DNA of 34,186 nt from Chiloscyllium plagiosum (Eukaryota), in the NCBI RefSeq assembly GCF_004010195.1, contig NC_057758.1:3906365-3940550 (forward strand). Reading direction: 5' to 3'. Made by a program: the position numbers and the translations under genes. Positions 10,693 through 23,299 of the stretch are shown here, piece by piece. The notes under the pieces are model-generated. The model was given only the letters and a program-made list of their open reading frames with translations, was not told the DNA's origin and did no database searches. Within the stretch, counting starts at the first letter, position 1; every line of letters begins with the position of its first letter.

Positions 10693-11721
10693 TATATTAT
10701 TCCATTCTCTCTGAAATTTTAATTTCAACATTCCAATTATTGGTACACAGACAGCGAACATAGCTGTTCCTCTGTTTACAGATAATGCAACATTGTCACT
10801 AAGATATATGGGCATGGTGCTGAATCGCTTCACGTTTTCTCCTAAACACAGTGTTTTATATATATCAGCCTGTTGCAATGTGGATTACCACTGAGCATTG
10901 CCCCTAATGAAGACATTCGTTTCCTGGACTGGCAGCAGTAAATGTGATCCATATAAGAAGAAATGGTGCGTCACCAGTTGACTTTATAAATTGCCTATTT
11001 TCACCGAACTGAGCACCGACGACAGCACTTTGTGGTTGAGTTTCTCAGGTGGATTCGACCGATGCCGCCGTTATTTGCTGTGCTGCGATACCCAAAGTGG
11101 CACAGCTGAGCCTCCGCCCTTATACAAACATCTTGCTTTTGAACATTGCAGGGAGTGCAAGAAAATTCAACAGGTCTCAATACAGACGGTGGCCATATTA
11201 TTTGTCTTGACAAGATTTCAATGTTCTTAACAAAGATTTGTTTTTCTCGCATTGGGTTTAGTATTTCTGAAAATCATTTTTCATCTTCTCTCACTTTTTT
11301 GTTCTCGTTTTACAAGCAGGCATCATTTCACGCGATGCACCGTGTACTCATAAACTTTGTTACGTCTGTCTGATCTTTATTTTGCCAATTTCTTTTGTCT
11401 TCTTCAAAATCTCCATAACATGTTCGAAGCGATGTGATAAATGTTGCTCACTTCTCGTTTCCCCACCAGCCGCTGTGTGTGTTGATACTACCTTTAGTTC
11501 AGATTGTGCTCGAGCTTCTGTCCGCAGTTTGCCTGAACCGCTGTTGATGTCTCTCCTACAATTGTGCAGTGGAGTCGGGCCTTTAGAATTCATTGATTCT
11601 CAATAATTCATTCAATACCAAGACGAATTATCTCATTGCAGGTGCCAGTTGTGCCTTAAGTGACTTCATCTATATGAAATAATGTTCTGATCAGTATTCA
11701 TTATGTACCAGAGTTTTTCTT

Positions 11722-12590
11722 TTGACAGTTGCAACTGGACCTCGTGGCTCCGAAACTCAATCCCTCTTACAATAAATCTAACACACTGTACACCATCTAA
11801 ACAACCCTATCAAACTGAGTAACAACGGTCAGGGATCTATGTTCATGGACGCCAAGATCTCTCTGCTCATCCATACTGCCAAAAATATTGCCAATTTGTC
11901 CGTACTCTGTATTCTTGTTACTCATTCCAACGTGAATCTCCTCACACGTGTTCGCATCAAACTCCATTTTCCACCTCCCAACACAACTCTGCAACTTACC
12001 AACGTCCCTCTGTAGCCTGCGACATCCTTTGCCACTGTCCAGAACTCCACCAGCCTTAGTATGATTCACAAATTTACTAACCCATCATTCTGTGCACAAT
12101 CCAGATGATTTATAAAAATGACAAGCAGCAGTAACTCCAAAACAGATCCTTGCGGTACACCACTATCAACTGAATTCCAGGATGCACGTTTCCCATGAGC
12201 CACAATCGTCGGACTTCTTTCAATTCGTCAATTTCTGATCTAAACCAGTAGATCTTCCTCATTCCCGTGCCTCTATATTTCCACAATAGCCTACGATATG
12301 AAACCTTAACAAACGGTTTATCGAAACATATACACCACACCCACCACTTTACCCTCATCAAACGGCTTTGCTACCTTCTCAAAGACCTCAATAAGGTTTG
12401 TGAGGCAAGACCCACCGTTCGTAAAACCGTGGTGTTGCTTTCTTGATGATTGTAAAAATTGTCTCTTACAATTTTTTCCAAAATTTAACCTACAAGAGAC
12501 GTACGGCTCACTGCTCAATAATTACCAAGGTTGTCTCTACACCACATGTTGAACAATGGGGCGACATTTCCTGTTATCCAGTCTTTTGGC
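11722..12590 (-). mobile_element. CR1-clade LINE RT fragment
   Basis: Minus ORFs contain QHHGFTNGGSCLTNLIEVFEKV...DEGKVVGVVYM, RLQRDVGKLQ...WKMEFDANTCE and EQRDLGVHEH, all canonical CR1 RT motifs. Confidence 0.92.
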
Positions 12591-12770
12591 ACGAGTTCAA
12601 AAAAGGTGGGGCATTTTTTTAACGTGAGACTAGAAGGTTTCAGAAAAGGATACGAAGGACAGCCTTCTTTTGTGTCTGAACACATCATAAACATGTGTGG
12701 AATCTGTCACCATACTAACATCGCCAAGCCCTCTGAGAAACTATGTTAACATTGTACTTTCTGCGAAGGT

Positions 12771-12854
12771 NNNNNNNNNNNNNNNNNNNNNNNNNNNNNN
12801 NNNNNNNNNNNNNNNNNNNNNNNNNNNNNNNNNNNNNNNNNNNNNNNNNNNNNN
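12771..12854. other. Assembly gap flanked by a 432-bp direct duplication
   Basis: Run of N; 12339-12770 is nearly identical to 12855-13286. Confidence 0.95.
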
Positions 12855-13108
12855 ACCCACCACTTTACCCTCATCAAACGGCTTGGCTACCTTCTCAAAG
12901 ACCTCAATAAGGTTTGTGAGGCAAGACCCACCGTTCGTAAAACCGTGGTGTTGCTTTCTTGATGATTGTAAAAATTGTCTCTTACAATATTTTCCAAAAT
13001 TTAACCTACAAGAGACGTACGGCTCACTGCTCAATAATTACCAAGGTTGTCTCTACACCACATGTTGAACAATGGGGCGACATTTCCCGTTATCCAGTCT
13101 TTTGGCAC
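12855..13108 (-). mobile_element. CR1 RT fragment (duplicate of 12339-12590)
   Basis: Same HGFTNGGSCLTNLIEVFE ORF as the copy before the gap. Confidence 0.85.
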
Positions 13109-14451
13109 TATTTCAAAAAAGGTGGGGCATTTTTTTAACGTGAGACTAGAAGGTTTCAGAAAAGTATACGAAGGACAGCCTTCTTTTGTGTCTGAACACA
13201 TCATAAACATGTGTGGAATCTGTCACCATACTAACATCGCCAAGCCCTCTGAGAAACTATGTTAACATTGTACTTTCTGCGAAGGTGATAATGTCTTTCT
13301 GAATAATTCACCTTCAAACCATGTTAGAAACCATCTTGGGAGGAGTAAGTGAGAATTTGTATGTAAAGTAAGACCAGTGCAGTGTTTTACTGAGATAAGA
13401 AAAACAGGGAAAGACAATATACATCTCAATGGCTGTGGAGTAAAAAACAAACTGTAGTGTTGTGTTTGTCTTTGAGCGCAACAAGGAGTTGAAAACTGCA
13501 AGGAATACATAGTGCAATGGACAATGAAACGACTCTATTTGACTGATAGTTTGACAGGCTGGGGAAACAGATATTTACAAATAATATTGCAATAGCTCAG
13601 GATAATAGAAGGTGCTTTGGAGCAATGGTCTGCATCTCAAATGTGATCACTGCTGTAATCTAATGACAGAGGTCGACAAAATATAAAACCACTGTGGTCA
13701 AACATTAACCTTCCCATTTTTAATTATAAAGGTAGTACATTTCAGTTGTTTGACCAGATTCGCTGTCTATACTCACCCTGAGTTACTAATGAAGGAGTGG
13801 GCTGAATTCTGAGGCCATCACATTAAGCCCCCGCTTCAAATAATCAGTTCCCAGCTCAGTAAACATTCTTTTTCCGGTCCTTCTGGAAAGTGATGGCGCG
13901 GAACATTCTGCTGTGAGGATTAATTGCAAATATTGTGTATGTTGATTTAAAAAAAACTGATATTTACAGAGCGCCGACCAAACATTCCAAACCATTTTAA
14001 AGAAATTCCTTGTCGACAATGTAGAATTGAACGTCATGCCTTGCACAGTACCATACTGTAGACAATCATATGACGATGACGAGAACACCAGTTTCACTCA
14101 TTTTGGTTCAGGAAGCACTGCACTGGGGTGAATTTCTCGGCTCCCGCTCTCCTTTCAGTTGTAGCCATTTGATTATTTGCAGCCTGAGAGGACAAGCAGG
14201 ACCTTTGGATTAATACATGAATGCGTTACCAGTAGCTTTAGATTTTGTATTGCAGCACTGAGAATAATATGATATTTTCAGAAATTTTGAGAAGCATGTT
14301 TTGCTGGTCTGATGTACGCTTCCGGATTATCTCAGAGAAGGCATATTTTCTGCAGCTAAAGACATTTTACAACTGTCAATAATGATGACTCTGCAAATTC
14401 TTCAGATAATCCAATATAATTTTCCTCTCTCAGGCCAAATCCCAGTTGGAG

Positions 14452-14560
14452 AATATGAGGATTGGAGATGTTGGAAACCCAGGTTCGAAAAGCACAGCAG
14501 GTCAGGCAACATCCAAGGAGGAGGAGGAGGGACGATGTTTTGTGCATAAGCCAATCATCA
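14452..14560 (-). mobile_element. Penelope-type terminal repeat remnant with eroded hammerhead
   Basis: The minus strand reads TGATGATTGGCTTATGCACAAAACATCG...CCTTGGATGTTGCCTGACCTGCTGTGCTTTTC, similar to 278-350. Confidence 0.65.
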
Positions 14561-14767
14561 ACGTCCCAATATCAAGGCTGTGGTTATGATCAATCATCTC
14601 AATTGGCTGGTTATGCCATTCAAATGCCTGAGCAGAATTTTGAAAGCCGACATCTGTCATCTGAGATGGCATTATCATGGCAAATCATAACCAGGAGTGC
14701 AGGAGAACGTGGTGAATGATATATTTTAAATGTATTCTGAAAACAAACACAATATTCCCGAATGTTC

Positions 14768-15427
14768 CAGCCCATATACTTCCAAACCCTTCCTATTCAT
14801 AGACTAATCCAGATGACTTTTAAATGTCATAAATGTGCCAGCTTCCACCAAGTCCCCTGGGAGCTCTTCCATACACGCCCACCCGCTGTGCGAAAAGGTT
14901 GTTCCTTAGTTCCTTTTATAACTTTCTCCTCCCACCCTGTACCAATGCCCTCTCGTTCTGGACTCCCCCAGAAAATATCTTAGCTATGTCGCTCTTGACT
15001 TTGTAAACATCTCCAAGATTACCGTCAGCCTTCAAAATTCCACGAAAACAACATCAAACTTTTCAACCTCTCCACATTGCTCAAATCCTGCAACCCTGGC
15101 AACATCCTTGTCAATATTTTCTGAAAGTTTTCAAGTTTCATAAATTCCTTCCAATGCAAGGGATTTCCGAATTTCACACAATATTCCAAATGTGGCTTAA
15201 ACAATGTCCTGTACAGCAGCAACATGACATCCCACGTCGTATACTCAATGCTGTATCCAATAAAGGAAAGCAAGCAAATCAGCTTCTTCATTATCCTCTC
15301 TATCTGTGACTCCCCTTTCAAGGAACTATGACCCTGCACTTCCAAGGTCTCTTTGTTCTGTAATCCTCTCCAGCACCTGACCATTAAGAGTATCAGTCCC
15401 GCTCTGATTAGCCTTTCTAAAATGCAA
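14768..15427 (-). mobile_element. CR1-clade LINE 3' fragment
   Basis: ORF 15025-15465 contains WDVMLLLYRTLFKPHLEYCVKF...LTRMLPGLQDLS. Confidence 0.9.
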
Positions 15428-15754
15428 ATAATCGGGAATGCAGAGAACAAAAATATTTTCAGCAAACTAGAATCCCCTGAACTGAATTTCTAATCGATAC
15501 TTATTACTTGATTGTACAGGATGATCGAAGGAAATGATTTGCAGACAGACTCATTCACCGACAGACCTCCCACTTCGTCTTCTGCATTTTCTCAAATTTG
15601 TCCTGTTTACAAGACCATTGTTTTTGTTTTTGTTTTGCTCCAATAATACAATACAAAATCTCACAAAAAGATAAATACTGCTTAAAGAACGTGCGAAAAA
15701 TAAACTCTCGCACTGAAAAAGACCCTCAAAGCAATGGAGCTGCTTTTATGGAGA

Positions 15755-16333
15755 CAGGCTTTGTACGTCCATGGTTAGTCCACATTTGGATTATAGTGCG
15801 CAGTTTTGTAGACCATTTCTCTGGAAGGATGCATTGGCTCTGATCCATGTTCAGAGGAGGTTCACAAGAATGGAACCAGAAATGTGCAGCTTATCATATG
15901 AGGAACGATTGAGGTCTCTGGTTATACACTCGATGGAGTTCAGAAGAATGAGGGTATATCTAACTGAAACATGCAAAACACTGCATGGTCTGAAAAGAGC
16001 AGATTTTGGAAGATGTTTCCATTAATTAGACAGACGACGACCCGATGACTCAATTTTAGAGTAACTGGAAAACGTTTTATAACAGAAGTAAGGAGAAACG
16101 TCTTTAACCAGAGACTGGTGAATCTATGGAATTCGTTGCCACAGAATGGTGTGGACGGCAGGTCACTGAGTATATTTAAGACGGATACAGTTAAGTTCTT
16201 CTGTGTTAAGGGGATCAAGTGTTTTCGGTGAAAGCGGGAGAATGGGCTGGATAAACCGATCAGCCATGTTCGAGTAGTGGAACAGACTCGATAAGGATAA
16301 AGGCATAATTTCTGCTAATATGTCTTATGGTCT
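15755..16333 (+). mobile_element. CR1-clade LINE 3' fragment
   Basis: MVSPHLDYSAQF...VQRRFTRM...LSYEERL...RRMR, then VNLWNSLP, then a TCTTATGGTCT tail. Confidence 0.9.
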
Positions 16334-16505
16334 TTTGATTCTCTTCCATTCTCCCATTGTAACCCCTTCAGAAAAACAATGGGTGGATGATGCTTTCGCT
16401 GATCGTTAACTTCCAAAGATCTAAGAACACCAATAACATGCAGCAACTGTAGAGATGTGAGGACTATGTGAAGATATTCTATTCCCTGTCAACACTGGTA
16501 TTTAA

Positions 16506-17434
16506 TTACAGTACAGTAAGACGATTAATCTGCTTGCAATTTAGGAAAGAGATCCCTGACCTGTCTGCCCTGTAGAAACACCAGCGTGATGATGCCACTG
16601 GAGAGAGGAAATTCACCTGCCCTGTGTGTAGAGAGCAAAGTCTGACAATGTTTCACTATTTTATGACACCATTGAGTTAATATTAGGTGGAAACCATCTG
16701 GCTACTTGGAGTATGGAAACATTTTCACTCAGTTCTCCAGTCTGCAGAAACATTGCATAATTCACACTGGGGGGATTTGGTTTTTTCTATATCCCTGCTC
16801 CGTTCCTGGAAAAAGGATTCTTTCAGTCATTAAAACAGCGGAAACGTGAGCACATTCACTAAAGAATACCGGAACTTCATCTTCCATAATTATAAACAAC
16901 ATCCAAGTTAAACAGTGCATTACAGGCTCTCAACCTCTAACAGCTCGAAAAAAAGTGCAGAAGTTACATGTTTACAGTACAGTAAGATTAATCTGCTTGC
17001 AATTTAGGAAAGAGATCCCTGACCTGTCTGCCCTGTAGAAACACCAGCGTGATGATGCCACTGGAGAGAGGAAATTCACCTGCCCTGTGTGCAGAGAGCA
17101 AAGTCTGTCAATGTTTCACTATTTTATGACACCATTGAGTTAATATTGGGTGGAAACCATCTGGCTACTTGGAGTATGGAAACATTTTCACTCAGTTCTC
17201 CAGTCTGCAGAAACATTGCATAATTCACACTGGGGGGATTTTGTTTTTTCTATATCCCTGCTCCGTTCCTGGAAAAAGGATTCTTTCAGTCATTAAAACA
17301 GCGGAAACGTGAGCAAATTCACTAAAGAATACAGGAACTTCATCTTCCATAATGATAAACAACATCCAAGTTAAACAGTGCATTACAGGCTCTCAACCTC
17401 TAACAGCTCGAAAAAAAGTGCAGAAGTTACATGT
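16506..17434. repeat. ~465-bp near-identical tandem duplication of non-TE-looking sequence
   Basis: 16506-16971 versus 16972-17434; about 7 substitutions and one 3-bp indel by eye. Confidence 0.93.
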
Positions 17435-18287
17435 GATCTGTGAAAACCTGGAGTAAACGATCCTGCTTATATTAAGCCCACATCGCAGAAAGATTTGTCC
17501 CGTGCAGTAATCTGTGCAAATTCGAGAGTTCATGAACGATTTGAATTCAGAATTAAGAGAATAACTAACTAACTATTATTTACAACTCCTTCCTCTAACT
17601 GATCTTTTACCTTCGCCTTATACAGTAGGAGTCTAATAAAACCATCACATTATAATTGACAAAACAATCAAGTTTTCAAAACAAGCCAGGTGTCGAATCT
17701 TGCATTTGGATATTCCTGTGTCTTATTTTCGTTTCTCAGGCATCATTTTTCACAGGTCACAGACTGATAAAGTTACCTTTAAGAGATCTATTTCTGAGCA
17801 ATCTCTGCAAGCTGGTGATATGGCTGTTCTCTTCCCAACTGCTCAAATTTCTCTTGTCTTATATTCCAAAAGCATCGGATTGTGTCATTGATTTTTAAGA
17901 TTGTCAATATACTAACTTCAAACTTGTCTGGAATGTGTTTCTTTCTGATGGATAAGTTCAACTGATTGACAAATTTCGAATCTTTTATTATCTCCAGGCA
18001 ACCAGCTACCCTGGTACAGTACACCCACATCTTCATAATAGAACATCGCCACATGCAAAATTGTTTGCCCGTAGCACATCATCCTCAATTGGAACTATAC
18101 TAGTTCTTATTTTCTTCCGTCACTAGCTCAAAACCACAAATGTTGTGGAAGGTTTTCATTCTCAGCCCAAAAGTAAACAAACTCTGCAAAAACCACTAGA
18201 TTTTCAAGATGCAGGAATGTTGGCATGAAAACAGCTATCATTTCCCAATACAACCAAAAATACTTTTCAGGAGCATTTAAACTGACA

Positions 18288-18870
18288 GGAGCAGAGAAAG
18301 CAGAAACAGGAATATGCCGTAGCCCCACTCCCCATTCATTATGTTTGTGGCTGATCTTCTGCCCCGATACCATATTCCCATTTTCTCTCAATACCCCGTG
18401 ATGCCTTTTATCTCTAAAACAATTATCTTTCTCCTTCCTGAATATATGCAGTGGCTTGAGTCCACAGCCTTCAGTGGTTAAGAATTCCACAGGTTGACCA
18501 ACGTCTGAGTGAAGAAAGTTCTCATGACCTCCGTTCAAAATGCCACAGCCCAAATCCTGAGTCCGTGATCTTTGGTTTGTAACTGCCTGACACGGACAAC
18601 ATCCTCCCTGCAACAAGTCTGTTCTTCAGCCGTTAGAATTGGAGACATTTTAATCAGCACCCCGGCCTCGAATTCTTCTCAATGCATCCCCAGATGAACC
18701 AGCCTCTTTTAATGTGACTGTTCTAACAGCCTCGAATCATCCAATCAATTTCCGTTGTACTCACTCCGCAGCAAGCACACCATCCGTTCGATAGCGATAC
18801 ACAAACTGCACAGAATCATCATTGTCTGGACTCACCAAGGCTGCTGCATCACTGTAGTATAGCAAAGAAC
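18288..18870 (-). mobile_element. CR1-clade LINE 3' fragment (old)
   Basis: Contains AGAATTCCACAGGTTGACC (reverse complement of the V.LWNS motif) and an eroded RPHLEY..QFW region at ~18790-18850. Confidence 0.75.
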
Positions 18871-18944
18871 AAATAAAATTATTCCAGAGAAAACACCCTA
18901 CGGTTCCCCAAGCCAAAACCAATCCAGATCCTCGATTTAAACCT

Positions 18945-20440
18945 GTCACCTATTTTCCTAGGATCTGTATCCCTTTGCTCCCGACCCATTCATGTATCTG
19001 TCTATATACTCATTAAACAATGTCATCGTACCGACCTCTGCCACCTCCACTAGCAACTTGCTCCATCCAGCCACCACGCTCTGTGTGATGAAAATTACAT
19101 GTGTATCTCCCTTGCGCTTTCCCCCCTCATTTTAAAATCGTAACCCTTATAATTGACTCCAGCACACTGGTTAAAATCTTGATACCAACTGTGTCGATAG
19201 CGCACATGTTTTTTCACACATCAATCAGGTCCCTCTCCATCTCTCTCATCAAAATAGTCCTAATTTACTCAACATATCTTCATCTCTCGCGCTCTTCATC
19301 CAAGGCAACATCATCCTGAACCTCCTCTGCAGCCTCTCCAAACTAACCACATCCATTTGGAAATGCTGTGATCAGAAATTTATGCGGTATTCTAAATGTG
19401 GAACCACGAATGTCTTGTACAACTTTAGCATGACCTCCCAACACTTGCACTCAATACACCATCCGATGAAGGGGGGCATGCCATTTGCTTCCTTGACCAC
19501 TCTAGTATCATAGAATCCCTTCAGTGAAGAAACAAGTCCTTTGGCCCAAGAGGTCCACACTGATCCTTCGAAGAGTAACACATCCACACACATTCCGCCA
19601 TTCTTCTCCTCCACCCTTAAGCTGTCTAATACACGTAACCTACATGAGGACTTTGGGCAATTTATCATTGTCAATTTACCTAACCTACACTTATTTAGAT
19701 TGTGGGAGGAAACCTGAGCACCCGCAGCAAACCCATGCAGACAAGGGGAGGATGTGCAAACCTCCCACAGACAGTTGTCTGAGGCTGGAGTAGAACCCAG
19801 GTCCCTAGCGCCATGAGACTGCAGTGCGAAGCACTGAGCCACTGTGCTGTCCTCTATCGATCTGCATTACCACCTTCAGGGTATAAAGTACCTTAACACC
19901 CAGATATTTCGGTGCATCAATTTTCACTAGGACTTTTCCATTTGACGTATTATTCAATCTTGAATTGGATCTTTCAAATTACATCACGTCACAGTTGTCC
20001 GGATTGAACTCCATCTGCTATATCTCCACCGAACTCTTCCATCTGTCTTTCTTCTGTTACGTTCCCTGACAGTCCCCTTCACGATCTTCCACTCCACTGA
20101 AGTAGTGTCAGCTGCAAACTTGCTAATCATATCACCTATAACTTCCTCCAGATCACTTTTCTGTACCACAGAGAATAGTAGTCCCAACACGGATCCCTGT
20201 GAAACATCACTGTTCACAGTTCTCCATTTTGAGAATCTACCTTCCACTATTTTCTGTATCCTGTTGCTTAGCCAGATCTCCACATATCCAGCCAGCACGC
20301 CCTGGAACCCATGCGACTTCAACTTCCTCCATTAATCTAACATGGCGACCCTTCTCAAATGACTCACTGAAGTCGATGTATATGACATCGACAGCCCTTC
20401 CCTCATCAATCAACCTTTTCACTTTCTCAAAAAAATCCCC
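18945..20440 (-). mobile_element. CR1-clade LINE RT fragment interrupted by a SINE
   Basis: Minus ORFs read IDEGRAVDVIYIDFSESFEK, VNSDVSQGSVLGLLF...ISKFAADT and VMLKLYKTFVVPHLEY. Confidence 0.9.
19505..19851 (-). mobile_element. HE1-like V-SINE inserted in CR1, with candidate TSD CTCTA
   Basis: The minus strand has a tRNA head (GCACAGTGGCTCAGTG...GACCTGGGTTCTACTCC), a V-domain (GTTTGCACATCCTCCCC..GTCTGC.TGGGTTT...GGTTTCCTCCCACA) and a CR1-like 3' end. CTCTA occurs at 19500-19504 and 19852-19856. Confidence 0.88.
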
Positions 20441-21120
20441 ACTCCTGAGCTCGAATCCGATTGCAGTAAATGTCAATGTATCATTTGCCTTGGGGATTGC
20501 TTGCTGCAGCTGCCCTGTTTCCCTGGACTGGTTTCCAAGGGTAGCAAGATTAATGGCATGTGAGTAGACTCAAGGAGACCTTGGCAGGCATGAAATGGAC
20601 AGATACACCGCAGCTCACTAAAACGCTGAGAAAGGTGCAGTGATTTGTTACTCATGAAGGTCTGAGAAGCGGCAGAATAAACGGAATGGTAAATTGTTAA
20701 AACTGGAGTATGGACAGAGAGACCTGGACTTTCATCGCATTAGTGATTTTTAAAAATCTGTAAAGGCCTGAGAATTTTTCAGTGATACTTACATTTTCCA
20801 AGTTTAAACATTTGGAAAATTACGTTGTATTTAAAATTTAATGTTGTGATTTTATTCAGGGAGCTATTCAGCTCTGTGAGTCCTCACATTCCCCCCTTTC
20901 AATCCTTGCTAGTTGCTTCTACCACCCAGTCCTTCTCTCTCTCTGTGCTTGTTTCTGTGCTTCGCTCTGTGTCTCACACTGTCCCCATGTCTGACATTCC
21001 GCTTACCGTAAACTATAACATGGTAATATTAAGGAAGACCATGCACCACATTAAGCATGCACTAGTTTGCTGTGTCCTGGAGCGTTTAGGATTTGCTGGT
21101 GGACAGCAAACAGGTTTACA

Positions 21121-22220
21121 TAAAACATAGAACATAAAACAATACAGCGCAGATCAGGGCCTTCGGCCCTCAATGTTATACCGACATGTGATGTAATCTA
21201 TGCTCATCCCCCCTATCATACCCAATCATCATCGATGTGCTTATCTAAGGCCTGTTTAAAACTTCAACATTTGGCTGAGTAAACTACATTGGCAGGCAGG
21301 GTATTCCACGGCCTGACCACTCTGAGTACAGAATCTGCTCTGACATCTGTCTGAAATCTATAACCTCTCAAATTGCAAGCTGACATCATTTGACTAGAAA
21401 AAAAAACTTTCACGGTCTACCCTATCTCATCCACTGATGATCTTGTATCTCTCTATCAAATCCCCTCTTACCCTTCTTCTTTCTAATGAGAACAGATGCA
21501 AGTCTCTCAGATATTTCTCATAAGACCTACCCCCAGATTAGGTAACATCCTGGTAAATCTCCTTAGCACCTTTTCCAATGCTTCCACATCCTTCCTGGAA
21601 TGGGGCGCCCAGAACCGTACACAATGATCCAAGTGAAGCCGCACGAGCGTTTTGGATAGTTTAAGCATGACATTACAGCTCCACATCTCAATCCCTCTCC
21701 CAATAAAGTCTGACACACCGTATGTCTTCTTGACAGCAGTCAATCTGGGTGGCAAATTTCAGGGATCTTTGTACATGGACTCCAAGATCCCTCTGCACAT
21801 CCACATTACCAAGAATCTTTCCATTGACCTAGTTTTCTGTCTTCTTGTTATTCTTCCAAGTGATTCACCTCACATTTAGCCGCATTGAACTTTATTTGCC
21901 AATTCTCAGCTCAGTTCTGCAGTTTATCCAAGTCCCCCTGCAACCTGCAAAATTCTTCCACACTGTCCACTACTCCACAGCCTTTAGTGTTATCTGCAAA
22001 CTTACTAATCCATCCACCTATGCCTGCGTCTAAGTCATTTATAAAAAATAACAAACAACATTGGTCCCAAAACAATTCTATGTCATACCCCACTAATACA
22101 TAGACTTCAGGCTGAATATTTCACATCAACTACAACTTGCTGCGTTTTTTCAAAATCCAGTTTCCAATCCAAACGGCTAAATCGCCCTGAGTCCCATGCC
22201 TCTGCATTTCCTCCAACTCA
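21121..22220 (-). mobile_element. CR1-clade LINE (RT C-terminus to 3' tail)
   Basis: FINDLDAGIGGWISKFADNTK...LQGDLDKL and TLVRLHLDHCVRFWAPH...RRFTRMLP; AACATAGAACAT tail at ~21125. Confidence 0.92.
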
Positions 22221-22650
22221 GTGGTTTATTTCCAGCTTTCTGAACTGGTACTCGTGGTGGTTTCTCGAAGCGTGTCTGTTAAAGCCACAGCGCCCTCAGT
22301 CCCATGCCTCTGCATTTCCTCCAGCTCAGTGGTTTCGATTAGATTAGATTACTTACAGTGTGGAAACAGGCCCTTCGGCCCAACAAGTCCACACCGCCCC
22401 ACCGAAGCGCAACCCACCCATACCCCTACATCTACCCCTTACCTAAAATTACGGGCAATTTAGCATGGCCAATTCACCTGACCTGCACATCTTTGGACTG
22501 TGGGAGGAAACCGACGCAGACACGGGGAGAATGTGAAAACTCCACACAGTCAGTCGCCTCAGGCGGGAATTGAACCCGGGTCTCTTATTTCCAGCTCTGT
22601 GAGCTGATACTCGTGGGTTTTTCTTGAAGCGTCTCTGTTAAAGCCACAGC
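22183..22650. repeat. 108-bp tandem duplication whose second copy is split by a SINE
   Basis: Copy 1 is 22183-22290. Copy 2 is 22291-22335 plus 22585-22650. Confidence 0.85.
22336..22584 (-). mobile_element. HE1-like V-SINE, relatively young, 5'-truncated
   Basis: B-box GGGTTCAATTCC, V-domain, 3' GGGCCGAAGGGCCTGTTTCCACACTGTAAG and an (AATCT)n tail. Confidence 0.9.
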
Positions 22651-23299
22651 TATTTACAGACACTGTCAATTATTTTGCCAAATGAAACAAGTGCAATGCC
22701 CCTACTTTCACTGACAAGACCCATGTTGGTTGGAAAATAAAGTATGAGGGCGACCGAAGAGGCTGTAACTTGCTGTGGACATGTTCACTTATTGGAAACG
22801 TAAATGTCAAATCGAATAGTGTGAACAGACATCCCTGTGCAGCAGCGATTTCCAAACGAACTCAGAGACAGATTAAAAGTCTCTTTCCTTGCTGAGTCCA
22901 AACTTCCAGACCCATAAAGGGGTATCCATGACAGATGGCAGTTTTCTGACTGGATATTATGAAGTTGCAAAATGAAAGTACTGAGTACAGTTCATCACGT
23001 CTAATCATAGCGTCTACGTTACAGAAAATGTCGTACGAATATTATTGAAAGAATTAGGAGATGGAGTATCACATGGTGAAATATGATTCATGCTTGGAGA
23101 AAGAATAGAGAAAAATTGAATGTTTCTGTTAAAAATAATGTGGAAGTATTAAACATTATTGCCCAGAAGGATTAATGTTGTCACAAATTTACATGACGGT
23201 GGAGGCAGCGTGGAGGTGCCAACAGATTGTATCAGGAACAGAAGGATGTCTTGTTAGGAATCTCTCTAGTTGAGATTTTCCCCACTTTTGAGTATCCTT

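Noticed and set aside
18761..18949. ORF ending VYRYRTDG, resembling RTE-clade RT
   Set aside because: At the nucleotide level the region is collinear with the adjacent decayed CR1, so the similarity is likely coincidental.
19760..19851. tRNA-like A/B boxes
   Set aside because: They form a SINE head rather than a tRNA gene, with no full cloverleaf.
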